A stretch of 64,000 bases of DNA from Octopus sinensis (GCF_006345805.1 NC_042997.1:13268001-13332000), one strand, 5' to 3'. Numbered from the stretch's first letter, positions 37,925-52,125 are shown. Notes: generated from the sequence alone by a model not told the origin. Translations and numbers: made by a program.

Positions 37925-38560
37925 GTACACAAGGTAACTTCCAGAGGTTTTGAGACTTTATCCGGAGATACATTTGTTAATTTCAGAGAACGACAAAGCA
38001 CTAATCTATTTAAAATCAATTCCTCTGGTTTCAATACACTTCGTCAGCCATTTCATGAAGTTCGTGTAAAAGGAATTTCTCCAAAAGTCTTTGCACAACC
38101 TGCTACATCGTTTCCTTCATCTTACAAAACACTCTAAAGTTATAGAGAGTAAGGCCTAGAATGTACCTACATTCTAGGCCTTACTCTCTATGACTTTAGA
38201 GTGACAGTTTTCAATCCAATCTCTGTTAAGTAGTTGGTTGTCAGGATGGCGCATTGACTTGGTGCAGGCACTCTGGCCATTTGCAATGAAATCACTCCGA
38301 GAACTCTCTAAAACTCTCCACAATGTAGTCTTTGTTGATCGTAGGCCAGAGAGAACATAGTACAATTAGATGATTCTCTTGCGGCCGAAAAAATGGCTCT
38401 TCACAGACTTGCAGTCTGCAGATTTTTCGTAAGTTTCTGGAATGTTGCCCGGTTTAACGCAAAACTGTTATAGCGAACATTCTCAATTCTCTTCACAGCC
38501 CGACTGCATTCTGCCAGCTAGCCAAGTGTGACGAGCTGTGTTTAGTAGCGTGTTTTGAAA
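37925..38560 (-). pseudogene. Internally deleted mariner relic
   Basis: FCVKPGNIPETYEK, TINKDY, HQVNAPS, degenerate YSPDLAPCDF (YILGLTLYNF), KWLTKCIETRGIDF. Confidence 0.7.
38130..38203. repeat. 74-bp near-perfect palindrome (36-bp arms, 2-nt loop)
   Basis: CACTCTAAAGTTATAGAGAGTAAGGCCTAGAATGTA-cc-TACATTCTAGGCCTTACTCTCTATGACTTTAGAGTG, 35/36. Confidence 0.97.
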
Positions 38561-38900
38561 GGGCTGTTACGGCCGTCTCATTCAATCTGAAATGACAAAA
38601 TTTGCAGGTCAACTTATTAGATGTAATACTATATAAATGTTACCATCATCTAAGATAGTTAGAACTGCCTTTCATAAAACTTCACAAAACATGTGGATTA
38701 CCCCTTATAAATGCACATATATATACGTGTACATTGATGTGTGTGACTTCGGGCGAGCGGTAGCTAGATAGTTAGGGTGATAGATAAAGAGAAACATATA
38801 TACAGCCATATAAATATATATACACACATGCACATGTATATATTCATAGATATATAAATATTATTTTTTAATGTATATCTATACATATTAATAAATATTA

Positions 38901-39080
38901 TTTTCTACTCTAGGCACAAGGTCCAAAATTTTTAGGGAAGGAACCCAGACGATTAGATCGACCGCAGTATGCAACTGAAACTTAATTTATCGACCCCGCT
39001 AGGATGAAAAGTAAAGTCGGAAGAATTTGAACTCAGAACATTAAGACAGACGAAGTACGGCTAAGCACTTCGCCGCCTAA
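38901..39080 (-). mobile_element. SINE family B' (B head and core with CCTTGTGCCTAGAGTAGAAAA tail)
   Basis: Reverse complement matches unit 1 of the 16511-17855 array. Confidence 0.8.
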
Positions 39081-39649
39081 CATAAATGTATATCAATATA
39101 TATATGTGGATACATATATGTATATGAATATGTATGTATATATGTGTATATATATATATATGTATATGTATATGTGTGTGTGTGTGTCTGTGCGTGTGTG
39201 TATGCTCTTAAATATATATGTAGGTATGTGTGCGTGTATATGTGTGTGAAGTGTTCGTATGTGTGTGTTATACATTATTACTAAACTCCAATGCGAAAAG
39301 AATTAACCCTAACTGAATGTGGTTCTTCGTATATCTGATGTGTGGAGAAAAGATCAGTAACTTATCAGTTAGCGTATAATTGGTCGGCTTCACAAGAAAC
39401 CTGCCAATTAGAGCTGGCTTTTACAGCTCATGGCTCCTGGTTATAGTTTTACTGAAGAAATGCTTGCATGGAATCAACTGTGACAATACTTTACGACCAG
39501 GTAAAGTGACACAATGATGAGCACCAGTATTGACACAGCATGCACACAGACACATACACATATATACAGCCGTTCGTATGGCAAGTACGCACGCAAACAC
39601 ATACACATACATGCGTACACATCTATCAATCTATCTAGCAAGGTAACTT

Positions 39650-39750
<101 letters not shown>

Positions 39751-40071
39751 AATCTATTAAATATATGTATGAATCATATATATACATATATGTGTGTGTG
39801 TGTGTTGTGTGTGTGTGTGTGTGGTGTGTGTGTGTGTGTGTGTGTGTGTGTATTGATATCATCGCCGCTGCGTTGCGCACACAGAGGGGAAGAATGGCTA
39901 TACACAAAGCTCCAACGCCTTCCTAACAAAATGCACATATATATGTAGGAAAAATACGTCCGAATAAACGAATACGTTCACTTTAATTAAATTATGAAGT
40001 TGTTTACTTCTTTGTCTGAGTATATATCAACATATATTGAAATTCACGTATATATATATAGTATATATATA

Positions 40072-40123
<52 letters not shown>

Positions 40124-40310
40124 CATGTGTATGTGTGCGAGTGTGTGTTGCGAGTGTGTGTGTATACATGCTTATATGTATTGTATCTTAAACCTCCCAC
40201 AAGATCTCTATATTTTCTATGTATCTATCTGTTATCTATCTATTTAGCTATCTTACCCCTCTCTATTTCTCTATCTCTCTCTCTCTCGCTCTCTCAACAT
40301 ATATATATAT

Positions 40311-40341
<31 letters not shown>

Positions 40342-40734
40342 TGTATATATGTATATATATATATGCATATATTTATAGATATATATAAATATATATATAG
40401 TGAGAGAGACAGACAGACAAACAGAAACAGAGACAGAGACAGAAAGACAGACAGAGTGATAGATAAGTATATATATAGAGAGAGAAGGGGGGCAGAGACA
40501 GACAGACAGACAGAATAATTCTACATAATTGTTTAATGTGCGCACGCAGAAGCTTGCAACTGCATTTCCATGATAATATATACAAACTCACGAACATATA
40601 TGGAATAACATATACGTATATATATAGATATAAACTAGCAAAAGTACACATGTCTATATTTAGATATGTATTATGTGTTGTGTGTATGTGTGTATATGCG
40701 TGTGTGTGTGTGCGATATAGGTATTTATGTAAAG

Positions 40735-40768
<34 letters not shown>

Positions 40769-40866
40769 TAATATATATGTATGTGTGGTGTATGTATAGC
40801 ACATATGTATATATGAATGTATAAATAGATATAGCTTCGTACATGCACATATGTAAATATGTGTAC

Positions 40867-40918
<52 letters not shown>

Positions 40919-41991
40919 ATGTATATATGTATGTATGCATGTGTGTATGTCTGTATGTATGACCATGCAAATGAGTTTGCTTGCATGTGAGTGCGCATGA
41001 AACGCCTATGTATAATTGCAAGCGGAACCGTAATACTTGTGAACAAAAAATAATTTAAAACTTTGCTAATGACGATAATAAATTTGAAGGTGACAATTTT
41101 TTGAAGTATTTTTCATACTAATTATAGGCATTCCTCTCTGTTTTCCCATCACCTCTCATGGCTGCATTTTAATATGGCCTTTAAAGGCTGCACAAATGAA
41201 GTACAGCCTATGTAAGCAATGAATATATGATCCACCATTGCTTCAAGGTGGTTATCACCATTAACAAGGATTGTTCGCGTAGATCAGAATTTGCATGATT
41301 TCTACCAACAGACAACCTATTGTCGACATTCTTTTGTTAGTAATTATGAGTTCATCAGAACTCGGTTAGTTTTCCTTCTCGATCTTTCTACTTCGTCTCC
41401 TTTATAAGATAATTCCGCACATGCTAAATGTATGCTACGGTCTGATTTAAAAAAAAAAAAATTATTTCGTTAGACACAATATTATGTATTTTTTAAAAAT
41501 TTTACTGATCATTACTACCACAACAACAACAACAACAACTACTACTACTACTACTACTACTACAGTAATATCATATTGTTGTTGTAATTGTTGGTGTCTT
41601 GCTGTTGTTTCTATTGTGTTTTGTTGTTGTGGTGATTCTGTCATCTAAAGTGACTTTTAGCCTGTATATTTTTGCACACAATTCGATTGCTGTAATAACT
41701 TTTGCGATATTGTTTATGATCACTCCTATATAATTTTGCAGCAACGACATTTCTTTTACTTATCATTGTTCCCTATTATTATCATATAAATGCTGAACAT
41801 CTGAACTGAGTGAAATAGTAATTGCACATTGTTATTTTATTTTATGAACACATTTAATTACACAAAATACTTATGTAAACGTTTCTTCTGCCATTATATA
41901 TATATATATATGTATTTATGTATGTCTTTATCATATATGTGTGTAAGTGCATTTATATATGTCTACACATAAATCATATATTTATATATCA

Positions 41992-42048
<57 letters not shown>

Positions 42049-42405
42049 ATATGTAGGTATCTATGTATAATGTATACAGACTCGAGTGCGTGTGTGGCTG
42101 TGTATGTGCGTAGAAGTTGTGGGATTGTTTTTCTAAGAAGTAATTACGTTAACAGAGCAAATGTCGCGAGAAAATACAGCTCGAATACGAAGTACATTTT
42201 TAAGAAAATATCGACAATACTGATGTATAAAGAACCAACTGTTTTTTTCTAACGGGGTGTATAATTTATTGTCAACGGTAATGTCCGAAATTTTAGGCTT
42301 TGTTTTTAGCAAACATTTTTCATTCGGATGAAGTCAAGCTATATATCTGTCTATATATAGTATATATATTATATATATATATATATATATATGTATCGAT
42401 GTGTG

Positions 42406-42438
<33 letters not shown>

Positions 42439-42959
42439 TGTGCGGTGCCGATAGATATATGTACACTCAGACACACCCACACACACACACACACATATAT
42501 AATATATTATATATATATATATATATGAAGTAAAAGTAATAAATATTATTAAGTGCATATAATAAGGTATATACTTTGTGTATTTTCGGGTGACTGGAAT
42601 GTCATAGCGCAGTATAAACCTCTCATGTTACCGGTGTTAAAATACCTTAGGTACGGATAGGCGAGATAACTCACCCTCAATCTTATTTAGGAGTGATAGA
42701 CATCGGTGTTTCGCCATTTTTGTGGGTCGTCAGGTTTACGCACCTGCTTGGATTGAAGGCGAATCAGCTTGCCATGACTTGCCCATGACTTGTAAAATCA
42801 TGATCTGGTATACCCGGAAATTTGCATACCTAATAGAAAACTTACATATGAAGTAAAAGCAGATCTAGTGTAATAAAAAATATTAAATACATATACTAAT
42901 GTACATACTTTGTGCAAATTCTGGTGGCTAGCGACCTGGTGACTGCAATTGCTAGCGAC

Positions 42960-43958
42960 CTGGAAGAAGCTTCGTGACTCAGCCCTTACAGCACAATGAC
43001 CGGGTGTTGAAACAGCCGCTCCACCGCTCAAATGTGGAAGTGATATATCTCGACTTTGCAAAGGCTTTCGACAAAGTTGATCATGGGATGATATGTCACA
43101 AACTGCATGATCTCGGCATAGTCGGGAAATTGGGAGAATGGTTGCATGACTTTCTAAAACATAGAAGTCAAGCAGTAGTAGCCAATGGTGTCATCTCAAA
43201 TGACACGCAAATTGTGAGTGGTGTTCCGCAAGGCATTGCCTTGGGACCACTACTGTTTATAATGGCCCTCTCAGATATACCTTCGGCCACACAGAGAGCC
43301 ACGAACACAAGTTATGAAGAGGATACATTAGTCTCACAGGCAATACAGAACCCTGAAGACACTATGTACGTCAACCTGAGTTAGATTGAATATATAAGTG
43401 GGCCAAGAAAGATAGCATGCAGTTTAATACTGAAATGATCCAAGCCGTATACTATCAGCATGCAAATCTAAATGCAATCCAATTAAATACACTGAATCTG
43501 GAAGAACTGAAATCCCAAAGACACAGTCAGTGTTGAGACCTTAGCATTTACATGCATAATGATGCATCTTTCCTTGTGCATGTCGTTAATTTGGCAATGA
43601 AATGCAGATGGATGACTGGATGGATTCTTAGAACTTTTAAGACGGAAGGTCGAGAAACCATGATGGTCTTCTGGAGGACATTTGTCCTGATCCACTTTGA
43701 CTATTGCTCCCAGCTATGGCCACCAACCAGTGTAAAATTAATTGCAGAACTTGACGCAATCCAACAAAGCTATACGAAGAAGAAAGCCTCTATTCAGCAT
43801 ATAAGATACTGGGAAAGACACAAGAGCTTGAGACTCTATTCCATAGACCGTAGGCGGGAAATATATGACGTAATATATATCTGAAAGATCTTGGAGGAAC
43901 TTGGGCACTGAGAGTTACATTTATGCTAGAAAAGGGTATCACTGCATAGTGCCAAAGA
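42960..43958 (+). pseudogene. CR1/L2-type LINE reverse transcriptase fragment
   Basis: VIYLDFAKAFDKVDH, SGVPQGIALGPLLF, YEEDT (degenerate YADD), WILRTFK, DYCSQLWPP, YWERHKSLRLYSIDRRRE. Confidence 0.9.
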
Positions 43959-44354
43959 CTTTACTTGTTTCAGCCATTTGACTGTGGCCAAGCTGGAGCA
44001 CCGCCTTTAATCGAGCAAATCGACCCCAGGACTTATTCTTTGTAAGCCTAGTACTTATTCTATCGGTCTTATACCGAACCGCTAAGTTACGAGGAGGTAA
44101 ACACACCACCATCGGTTGTCAAGCGACGTTGGGGAGACGAACACAGACACATATAGACACACACACATACATATATATACACATATATACGACGGGCCTC
44201 TTTCAGTTTCCGTCTATCGAATTCACACGTAAGTCTTTGGCCGGCCCGAGGCTATAGTAGAAGACACTTGCCCAAGGTGCCACGCAGTGGGACTGAACCC
44301 AGAACCATGTCGTTGGTAAGCAAGCTACTTAACACACAGCAACTTCTACGCCTA
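43959..44354 (-). mobile_element. SINE family A, full length
   Basis: Reverse complement of the family A consensus. Confidence 0.9.
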
Positions 44355-44358
44355 TAAG

Positions 44359-44425
<67 letters not shown>

Positions 44426-44466
44426 GATAGAGAGAGAGAGAGATAGATAGATAGATATATAGATAG

Positions 44467-44509
<43 letters not shown>

Positions 44510-44511
<2 letters not shown>

Positions 44512-45309
44512 TGTTTCTTTATTAGCCATACAGGGATGAACAAAGAGGGAACAAATTACAAAGTAGAGCTTTTCTTTTAGGGGAGAAAAAAGGGGGTTAG
44601 GTTTTCGATCAAAAGGGATTGTAAAAACAGAAAACCATCAATAGGGATCGTGTATCACAGAAATGTCATGATGTAAAGTGTAAAGTGAGAAACAGATAAG
44701 GTTTATCCGTGGAATGAAAAACCTACGGAAAAGACCACGGTAACCTCGGTCAATAATGTCCCATGTTAGCACATTTATTTGCAAGTAAGTAACTCTCTGT
44801 TTTAAATTTTTGCGGGTTCAAAGGATCATGCTCAAGGTGGCTTCCTCATTTATACGTGCCATCCTTGCTACATTCACCCATCGTTTTTTGGAACATTCGC
44901 TAGACAAAACTTGTCTCTCTACTCTCATTTTCCTTTTCAAGTGATACTTGAAAAAGTTGATGAGAGATTGACCAGAGCGGAAAGTGTTTGTATCTAATCC
45001 TTTCAGACGCGTCCACCAGATACATTCTTTCGCCATAGCCACAAGTATGGTGAATATAGCTCTTCATTCTCGTTTGAAGGAAGAAGGCGTGACGATATTG
45101 ACGATAGACTCAGCTGATAAACCGACTCGTCCCACATGTGACAGCAGTCTTTCGACATAACCCCACTGGTCGGAAATGGTTAGCACTGCACGAGTGCGTG
45201 CAGGACGGTTTCGTCGCTCTGATCGCATCTCGGGCAGGTCGGCCCTGTGTTTCTCGAGCCGTGTCTGTAGAGCTTATCCCGAACGGGTAACTATTTTCGG
45301 TAGCACTGC
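44510..45309 (-). mobile_element. Tx1-family LINE 3' fragment (copy 2)
   Basis: Collinear with 55656-56530 (AMAKECIWWTRLKGL...SMIL). The 3' end joins (TAGA)n at 44470-44509. The 5' junction is not in a GATA repeat. Confidence 0.93.
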
Positions 45310-45460
45310 TGCAGCTTTATGTCGATATTTTGCGTAGAGAGACTGGTAGACCGGGTTTTTTTTGCATTACCGCTTTCTTGATGCCCTTCCAATAAGCTTT
45401 ATGGAAGTTCAGAATGGAGGAGAGTTGGGAGCTTCTAGTAACCTGCATATATGTAGTCTT

Positions 45461-45610
45461 CTACGGACCATACATTGTTAGTTTTATTAAGTTATGATCT
45501 GAGAAAATCCTCGGTGTCACCTTAACGTAATGGATGTTATCTGTAAAGAAGAGGTCCAGGACATTTATCCACTTCTTGGGTGTTGCACAATTTTCTCCAT
45601 AAATCGCATG
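45461..45610 (-). pseudogene. APE-type endonuclease C-terminal relic of a LINE
   Basis: IVQHPRSG/NVLDLFFTDN...FSDHNLI. Confidence 0.65.
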
Positions 45611-45664
45611 TTTAAAATATATAGATCCATGTTTGTATATACACAGGGGTGTGTATGTGTGTGT

Positions 45665-45870
45665 CTTTGTGTCTGTGTTTGTCCTCCCGCCATCGCTTGG
45701 CACCAGCGTTGGTGATTACATTCCTGAAACGTAAAGGTTCGGAGAAAGAGACCGACAGAATAAATATGAGGTTTAACAAAAACACTGGGTTTCATTCATT
45801 CGACTGAAAATTCTACAAGGTGGTACTGCAACATGGCCGTAGGCCAATGAATGAAATAATTAAAAGATAA
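45665..45870 (+). mobile_element. SINE family A, tail half (diverged)
   Basis: GTCTGTGTTTGTCCTCC...GAGACCGACAGAATAA...CAACATGGCCG. Confidence 0.75.
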
Positions 45871-46448
45871 AAGTTAACGATAAAAGATATGTTTATTTGA
45901 GTGTGTGAGAAGAAAAGAGAGAAAGATAGACAAAAAGCGCGACAGAGAGGTGGTCTCGAATGTCTAGATAAACAAAAGCTAGGAAAGGTACTGAAGAGAA
46001 GTGGTAGGTAGCGGTTTATTTACATCAATTTTTGAATTGTTAGTCCTGAAAATACGTTGATCAAAAGAGCATAAAGTGATTGACTCATTATAGTGCTACC
46101 GTAGGAGCTACTTTAATTAAATAAATTGTCACATTGGCGACGGGTGTTAGTTTGGGGACGTGACTTATCGGAAGTCTTTCCGGAATAAATATTCATCGCT
46201 TCCATTATATAAATATGCATTTGCTAGTCAATAGTTTTACACAGTATGTAGATGTCTCCTTAAATCGAAACATCATAGATGAATATTTTACTTAGTGCAT
46301 GCTTCCACTAAAAAATGTAGTATTAAGAATGTATTTATAAATATTTCGATATATATATTTTACTGGTGTTGTTATGCAAACGGGAAAAGTAGAACTTAAA
46401 ATGTGAGTGTTTGTATATTTTTATTAATATTTAGCAGAAGTAGCAGAA

Positions 46449-46598
46449 TGAGTCATGGCCCGTGGTTTTCATGCTTTGGCACTTATCAAACTTTGATAAG
46501 TGTCAACGCAAGAAACCCTCAGACTTTGAGTCACTCAGGAAGCACACAAACTTTGAGTCAACACAGGAAACACTCAGAGTCTGAAACACTTTGAGTCT
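46449..46598. promoter_or_regulatory. Cluster of AP-1 (TGAGTCA) and ETS-core (CAGGAA) motifs in a short imperfect tandem repeat
   Basis: TGAGTCA at 46449, 46527 and 46554; TGAGTCT at 46592; CAGGAA after the 2nd and 3rd sites. Motif match only, no functional evidence. Confidence 0.3.
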
Positions 46599-47690
46599 GT
46601 CTGTTAGTTCTGCAAAATATTAATGAAAACATAGATTTATATATTGTATAAAGTTGCACGTACATTGTTCATTCATCCCATATATTTTCACCTTTAAGGA
46701 ATAGTAAATAATTGAAAGGATGTTGAAGGTCGAATGACAGCATGAGGACAGTTTTGTTGTTTTTGTTATTTTATCACAGATCAACCATTATTGATCAAGC
46801 TGTCATCTAAATCTATGAAGATACTACGTTTTTGGTAGTATGGATGAAATTACTAACAAATGTTTGCTTATTAAAATGGTAATTTCTACTTTGACGCATA
46901 CATGGGTAAAATATTTTCAAACAATTCCAACTTATCCTAACATTTATAATTAATTTCTAACATTTTCCTTCAAAAATTATAAGCAATATGAAATACTGAC
47001 TTTTGAATAGTTTAACAATTTCGTACTTTAAAAACTTTTCTTTCTTTCATGATGTAATATATAATTAAAACTAAGAACTTAATAAATTTATAATGCATGT
47101 CAATGTGTCTAAATTAACCTTTATACTCTTACAGTGCATACTTATTGATCTACGCTTTCAAAATAGCATCTAAGTTTCCAAAATATGTATGATTTCAAAA
47201 TATTTCTATATACTAACACGTGTCAACATCCATGATTTATGGAGACTTACAGTTTATCTCCATGGAATTATTGCTTCAGCACCTAATTCAGAAAATTCTC
47301 TCTATACTTTTACATTTGATATAGATCTTTGACACCTTCAGAGAAGCGCCAGAAAATTCTTACTCACATTTCATATATAAATTTAAGCAAATTATTGCAC
47401 CAGATAATCTTTTCTTTTTTTTTCTTTTTTGATTTTGGTAGAGGTGTGTTTTCTTACATTTGTTGACGGTAGTTTCTGTCTTTGGCATTGATTATCTAAC
47501 ATTTAACACCTCGACTATCGTGCAGCAATAACTTATAACCAGAAATGCAATTCAGCAAAGTGCTGTCAGATATGTTCACTCCAGTTATCAAATGTGTTAA
47601 TATTTGAAAGAAATTAGCCTTACGTTACAATTCAAAACAATATATATATACATACATACAAATATATACATACGTATAAATATATATATA

Positions 47691-47782
<92 letters not shown>

Positions 47783-49031
47783 TTCGATAATTTTTCCGGA
47801 ATATATTTATTATCAGAAATAACAATAGGCGCATTGTTTGAAAGTTACAATTCTCTGGTTTGAACAATGTGATACAGGCTTGCATGTAAGCTTCATTAAC
47901 ATAAAGCTTCGTTTCTTCGTATTCCAATATATTAGCTTATGCTGGACATCGTTTTTTTATGATTCCGTTATATAGCGACTGTATAGTTGAATAGTAACAT
48001 GTTAGATTTCTTAAGTCTGCGTGAAAATGAAATGAGAAAAAAAAAAAATATGTTTTTAAAGAAACTATTGTTGTTATTTTGCTGATCATTGTTGTAGTAG
48101 CCTTATTATCAAAAGTACTCCAAATGTAACAATCCCATTGTTTTATAAATATTTTGAAGTGCCTCTCTTTTTCAAGGTTGCACAGTGTGCTTTCCGAAAG
48201 ATCGTCATTTTGTTTTAGAAAATGAGGCCAGTAAATAGTGGCTTTCTTCTTGGTTTGCGAATTGTAAAATGAAATGGCATTAATATTCCAAGAATTCTTC
48301 TCGATAAGGATAATAAATCCAGGACATTTTTACATAACATTTCAGCCACATCTTCGATGAATTTCTTAATTTCTCTGTGCAACAGTTCTTTATATGGTCA
48401 TATGAAGGTCAGTGAACTTTTGTAAAAATACAGTGATTTGTGAATGTTTATAAATGACACAGTGATAAATAGTTGGAAACTCATAAGTACACGCTTAAAG
48501 TTATATGGCGAGGGGTCATTACTTCTCAAAATTCTTGTAATCTCTTGAGTAAAAATAATTGTTCATAGACATAAAATAATATAAGCATTAAATTGAATTA
48601 TAAACATAATTCACTTATAAAAATGGTAATAAACATAATAATAGTAGCAAATAAAAAATCGTTTCATAAATTAAGACATTAAGAAAACTTAGTCTGAAAA
48701 TATAGAAATGAGTATGACGAAAAAATATGGAGGAGTGGAGATCTGTATCGGGCAGCATTACGTAATAGATAAAGAGAGAAAAGGAATACAAAGAAAAGAA
48801 GAGTGCATCCAACTGAATAAAACACTATTGGTAATATTGACAACTAGTATCTGATATAGAATATAAGCAATGTACAGAGGAGCGGAGCGTTTAGAAAGTA
48901 TGAATTAGATAGAGAAATTAGGTGGATAGAAATCTAAAGTTATTCTACTTCAAGGAAATGAAGACGGAAAAATCTAAAACGAAGATACGGTTACAAGTAG
49001 TGCTCTACGGCGGATCACCGTAGTATATATA

Positions 49032-49200
49032 TCTATTATATAAAATCCGTTGTTTGTTTGTGTGTGTGTCTTCTAGGATCTCGAGCAGCCTCCAACCGAT
49101 TGCGCCCAAATTTGATATGTAGATACCGACTGTATCAGGGCGTATATAAGTCATGAAAAAATTACAAATATCGATTCCTGGTGAGAATGCGATCGATAAA
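49032..49200 (+). mobile_element. Possible non-autonomous Helitron-like 5' end
   Basis: TCTATTATATAAAA start, (GTTT)/(GT)n tract, ACCGATT...AAATTT motif as recalled for Lep1/DINE-like elements. No 3' hairpin-CTAG end was identified. Confidence 0.4.
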
Positions 49201-49342
49201 TACAACAACTGATGAAGGGTCGTTCTCTATGTTGTTTGTCTTGTTTTCCATTTGAGTCTTTCGTTCTAAAAAATAGTTTATATCCCATGTACTCGTACTT
49301 TGTGTTTTTTGTTGTACACATATCATGACGTCCTGGGACCGC

Positions 49343-49425
<83 letters not shown>

Positions 49426-49676
49426 ATTGTGAGCTAGAGGTTATGCAACCGTCTAAGGAAAACGGTATCCGTAGGCACTACTGGTGTATTACCTCACTAA
49501 GTGTAGTCCTAGGAAAAAGGTATACAGTTGTTGGAAATTTACAGGTAAAACCGTGGTTTAATATATAAATATAGAAAAGATATATATATATATATATATA
49601 ATATATATATATACATATAAATACACACACACACACATATATATATATAATATATTATATATATATATTGATAGAA

Positions 49677-49860
49677 ATGGTAAGACAACAAAAAGAATGA
49701 AAGAGACCTCGATATTATGTAAATAGAGGTATTTATCTGTAATTGTAATATGACAATTATTCGGTAGCGATGATAAAACTCCGAGTTTCGGATCTCGGTG
49801 TGGAAATCTACGCTCCCATCTCTTCAGTTATCCGGCCATCGGAAAAATTTTTTTTCCGAT
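49677..49860 (-). mobile_element. Penelope-like terminal repeat fragment in (TA)n, with a terminal 10-bp fold-back
   Basis: Contains the HHR candidate below. ATCGGAAAAA-ttt-TTTTTCCGAT at 49838-49860. Confidence 0.6.
49772..49832 (-). ncRNA. Candidate type I minimal hammerhead ribozyme
   Basis: GATAA CTGAAGA G...C GAAA CTCGGAG T T TTATC. 5-bp stem I, intact core, near-palindromic stem III. Stem II is imperfect and the triplet is GUU. Confidence 0.6.
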
Positions 49861-50067
49861 ATATATATATATGTGGGGGGGAGTACGTGTGTGTTTACAA
49901 ACATATAAATGTGTGTGTACAACAAGAATTAATATTTCTCTCTTTTTGTTGAAACAAAAGGGTTTATAGGACTGCAAAAGGAGTGCTGAAATATAAATGA
50001 GACAAAGATAAAGAAGCATTGGTTATAGAACAAACATCAAATGTGTGTGCGTATATCTATCTATCTA

Positions 50068-50168
<101 letters not shown>

Positions 50169-50187
50169 TATTATATATATATATATA

Positions 50188-50261
<74 letters not shown>

Positions 50262-50381
50262 GGAGTAAACACATAAATGTGAAACGAGGTGGAAAAAAGA
50301 GTACTCAAATACCAGTGGTAGAGTAATATGCTTTATTTAAAGCAGCAGAAAATTCAACAAAATCTGTTACTCTGAGTTTAT

Positions 50382-50423
<42 letters not shown>

Positions 50424-50429
50424 ATAATA

Positions 50430-50469
<40 letters not shown>

Positions 50470-52070
50470 CACATTTCCTCTCTACCTCTTCCTTTCTATT
50501 TTGTATTAAAACTACTCCAGGCAGAATTATAAGATTTAGTATTTTACTTTTAATGTATCAACTTTTCAGTTGTTAGAAACGTTTTTCATCGATAGACGTA
50601 GAAGGAAATGTCATTTCTAGCATAAAATATATATATCTTAATTATACAGACGAATGTAAGAACTAAGAACTTTTATTCTTAGAGAATTTTCAAATTTCCT
50701 CCAGACAAATGTAAAAATGTTTACCTGCATCATATAAAGTACCCTTTCTTGGGCATAAGTATACGTATATTGAATGAGATGTTTTTAGACCAACGGTGTT
50801 AAAGTGCAGACATGCATATGTTTTTCATTGAAACTGAAAGAAATTATTACCTCAGCGTGTTTTTGTCTTTTTTTTTTAACTTAGAGAAATCGTGTCCCTT
50901 TCATCAGTATTCTGTTGTGGAAAGATTAATATGCAACAATGAACGATTAATAACATCTGGAGGAAATTTTAAAAATTTGCAGCTGTTTCTTTTTTAAGAG
51001 ACTCTTGCCGTCATTGTTATCTGACGTGATGATATTGATAACATGTCAGTTTGTAGATATTAGGCTTTTTTGTTGCAATGCTAAAATCTATAGAAATAGT
51101 TAGCGTGTACTTCATTTCTATGTGCCAGAAATGTAATGCAAGGAATGTAATATAATATCACTAACATCAGTCATCAAAACAAACAGTAACAATCTATCAA
51201 AAGGAATGCTTACAAGCTTTTATTGAAAATGAGAGAGTATAGCTAACCGAAATACAAACATATTTTTGTAGACGGTTTCTACTCTTGTGTTGATGATTCA
51301 ATAATATTTTAATGAAGACAGACATATTAAAATCGTGCGGAAATGTTTAAAATAAAATATAAATGGTTCAATGGTGAAGATGTCTGGCCTTACAGTTAGT
51401 GTCTTCCTCTCATGCTCATAAGATCGTGGGTTCAGTTTTTAGATTTCCAGTGTCTTGTAGTCGTTGAGCAAACAGTTTTTATCATGGTGTTCCATTCTGA
51501 CTAATGGTCACAATCTTCAGCATTTTCTACCTTCAGCGTTCTCATTAAATCTCTCTTTCAAAAGAAATATTATCACTGTCATATCATAAGCTCATGCGTG
51601 CATATTTGACCAGTGCTATATTTTTGACAACTTCCATCAGTAAATTTGAACGTCTGAACACTGACAATCGTTTTTGAAAATTTTCTCTTGATATTTCGAT
51701 CATTTTTTCACAACTTACGACAGTGTGGTGTTAGTTGAAAATGAACCTACGCATTTTACCAGTTTTTGTATTGCTGACGGAACTATAAAGCTAACAGACA
51801 GTATTGTGTCCTTAACTGGCACAAATATTTGTTTAGTAGAATCTCTACAACATCGCAATTATTTGTGCTCCTGTACACAGGCATACACGCATATACATAC
51901 ATAAATATATGTATATATACAGTCAATCTTTTCCTTGTATCAGTTTAATAAATGTGTACTCTATTGAAAAGTATTGTGCATTAGTTTAATGTGAAAATAT
52001 TTATATATATAACTTGACATAAGAACAGTAATATGTTAATATACTTTATACAAACACCCCCCCACACACA

Positions 52071-52125
<55 letters not shown>

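Noticed and set aside
49005-49023. 6-bp hairpin CTACGG/CCGTAG as a Helitron 3' end or terminator
   Set aside because: It is short, does not have the hairpin-spacer-CTRR geometry, and has no supporting upstream element.
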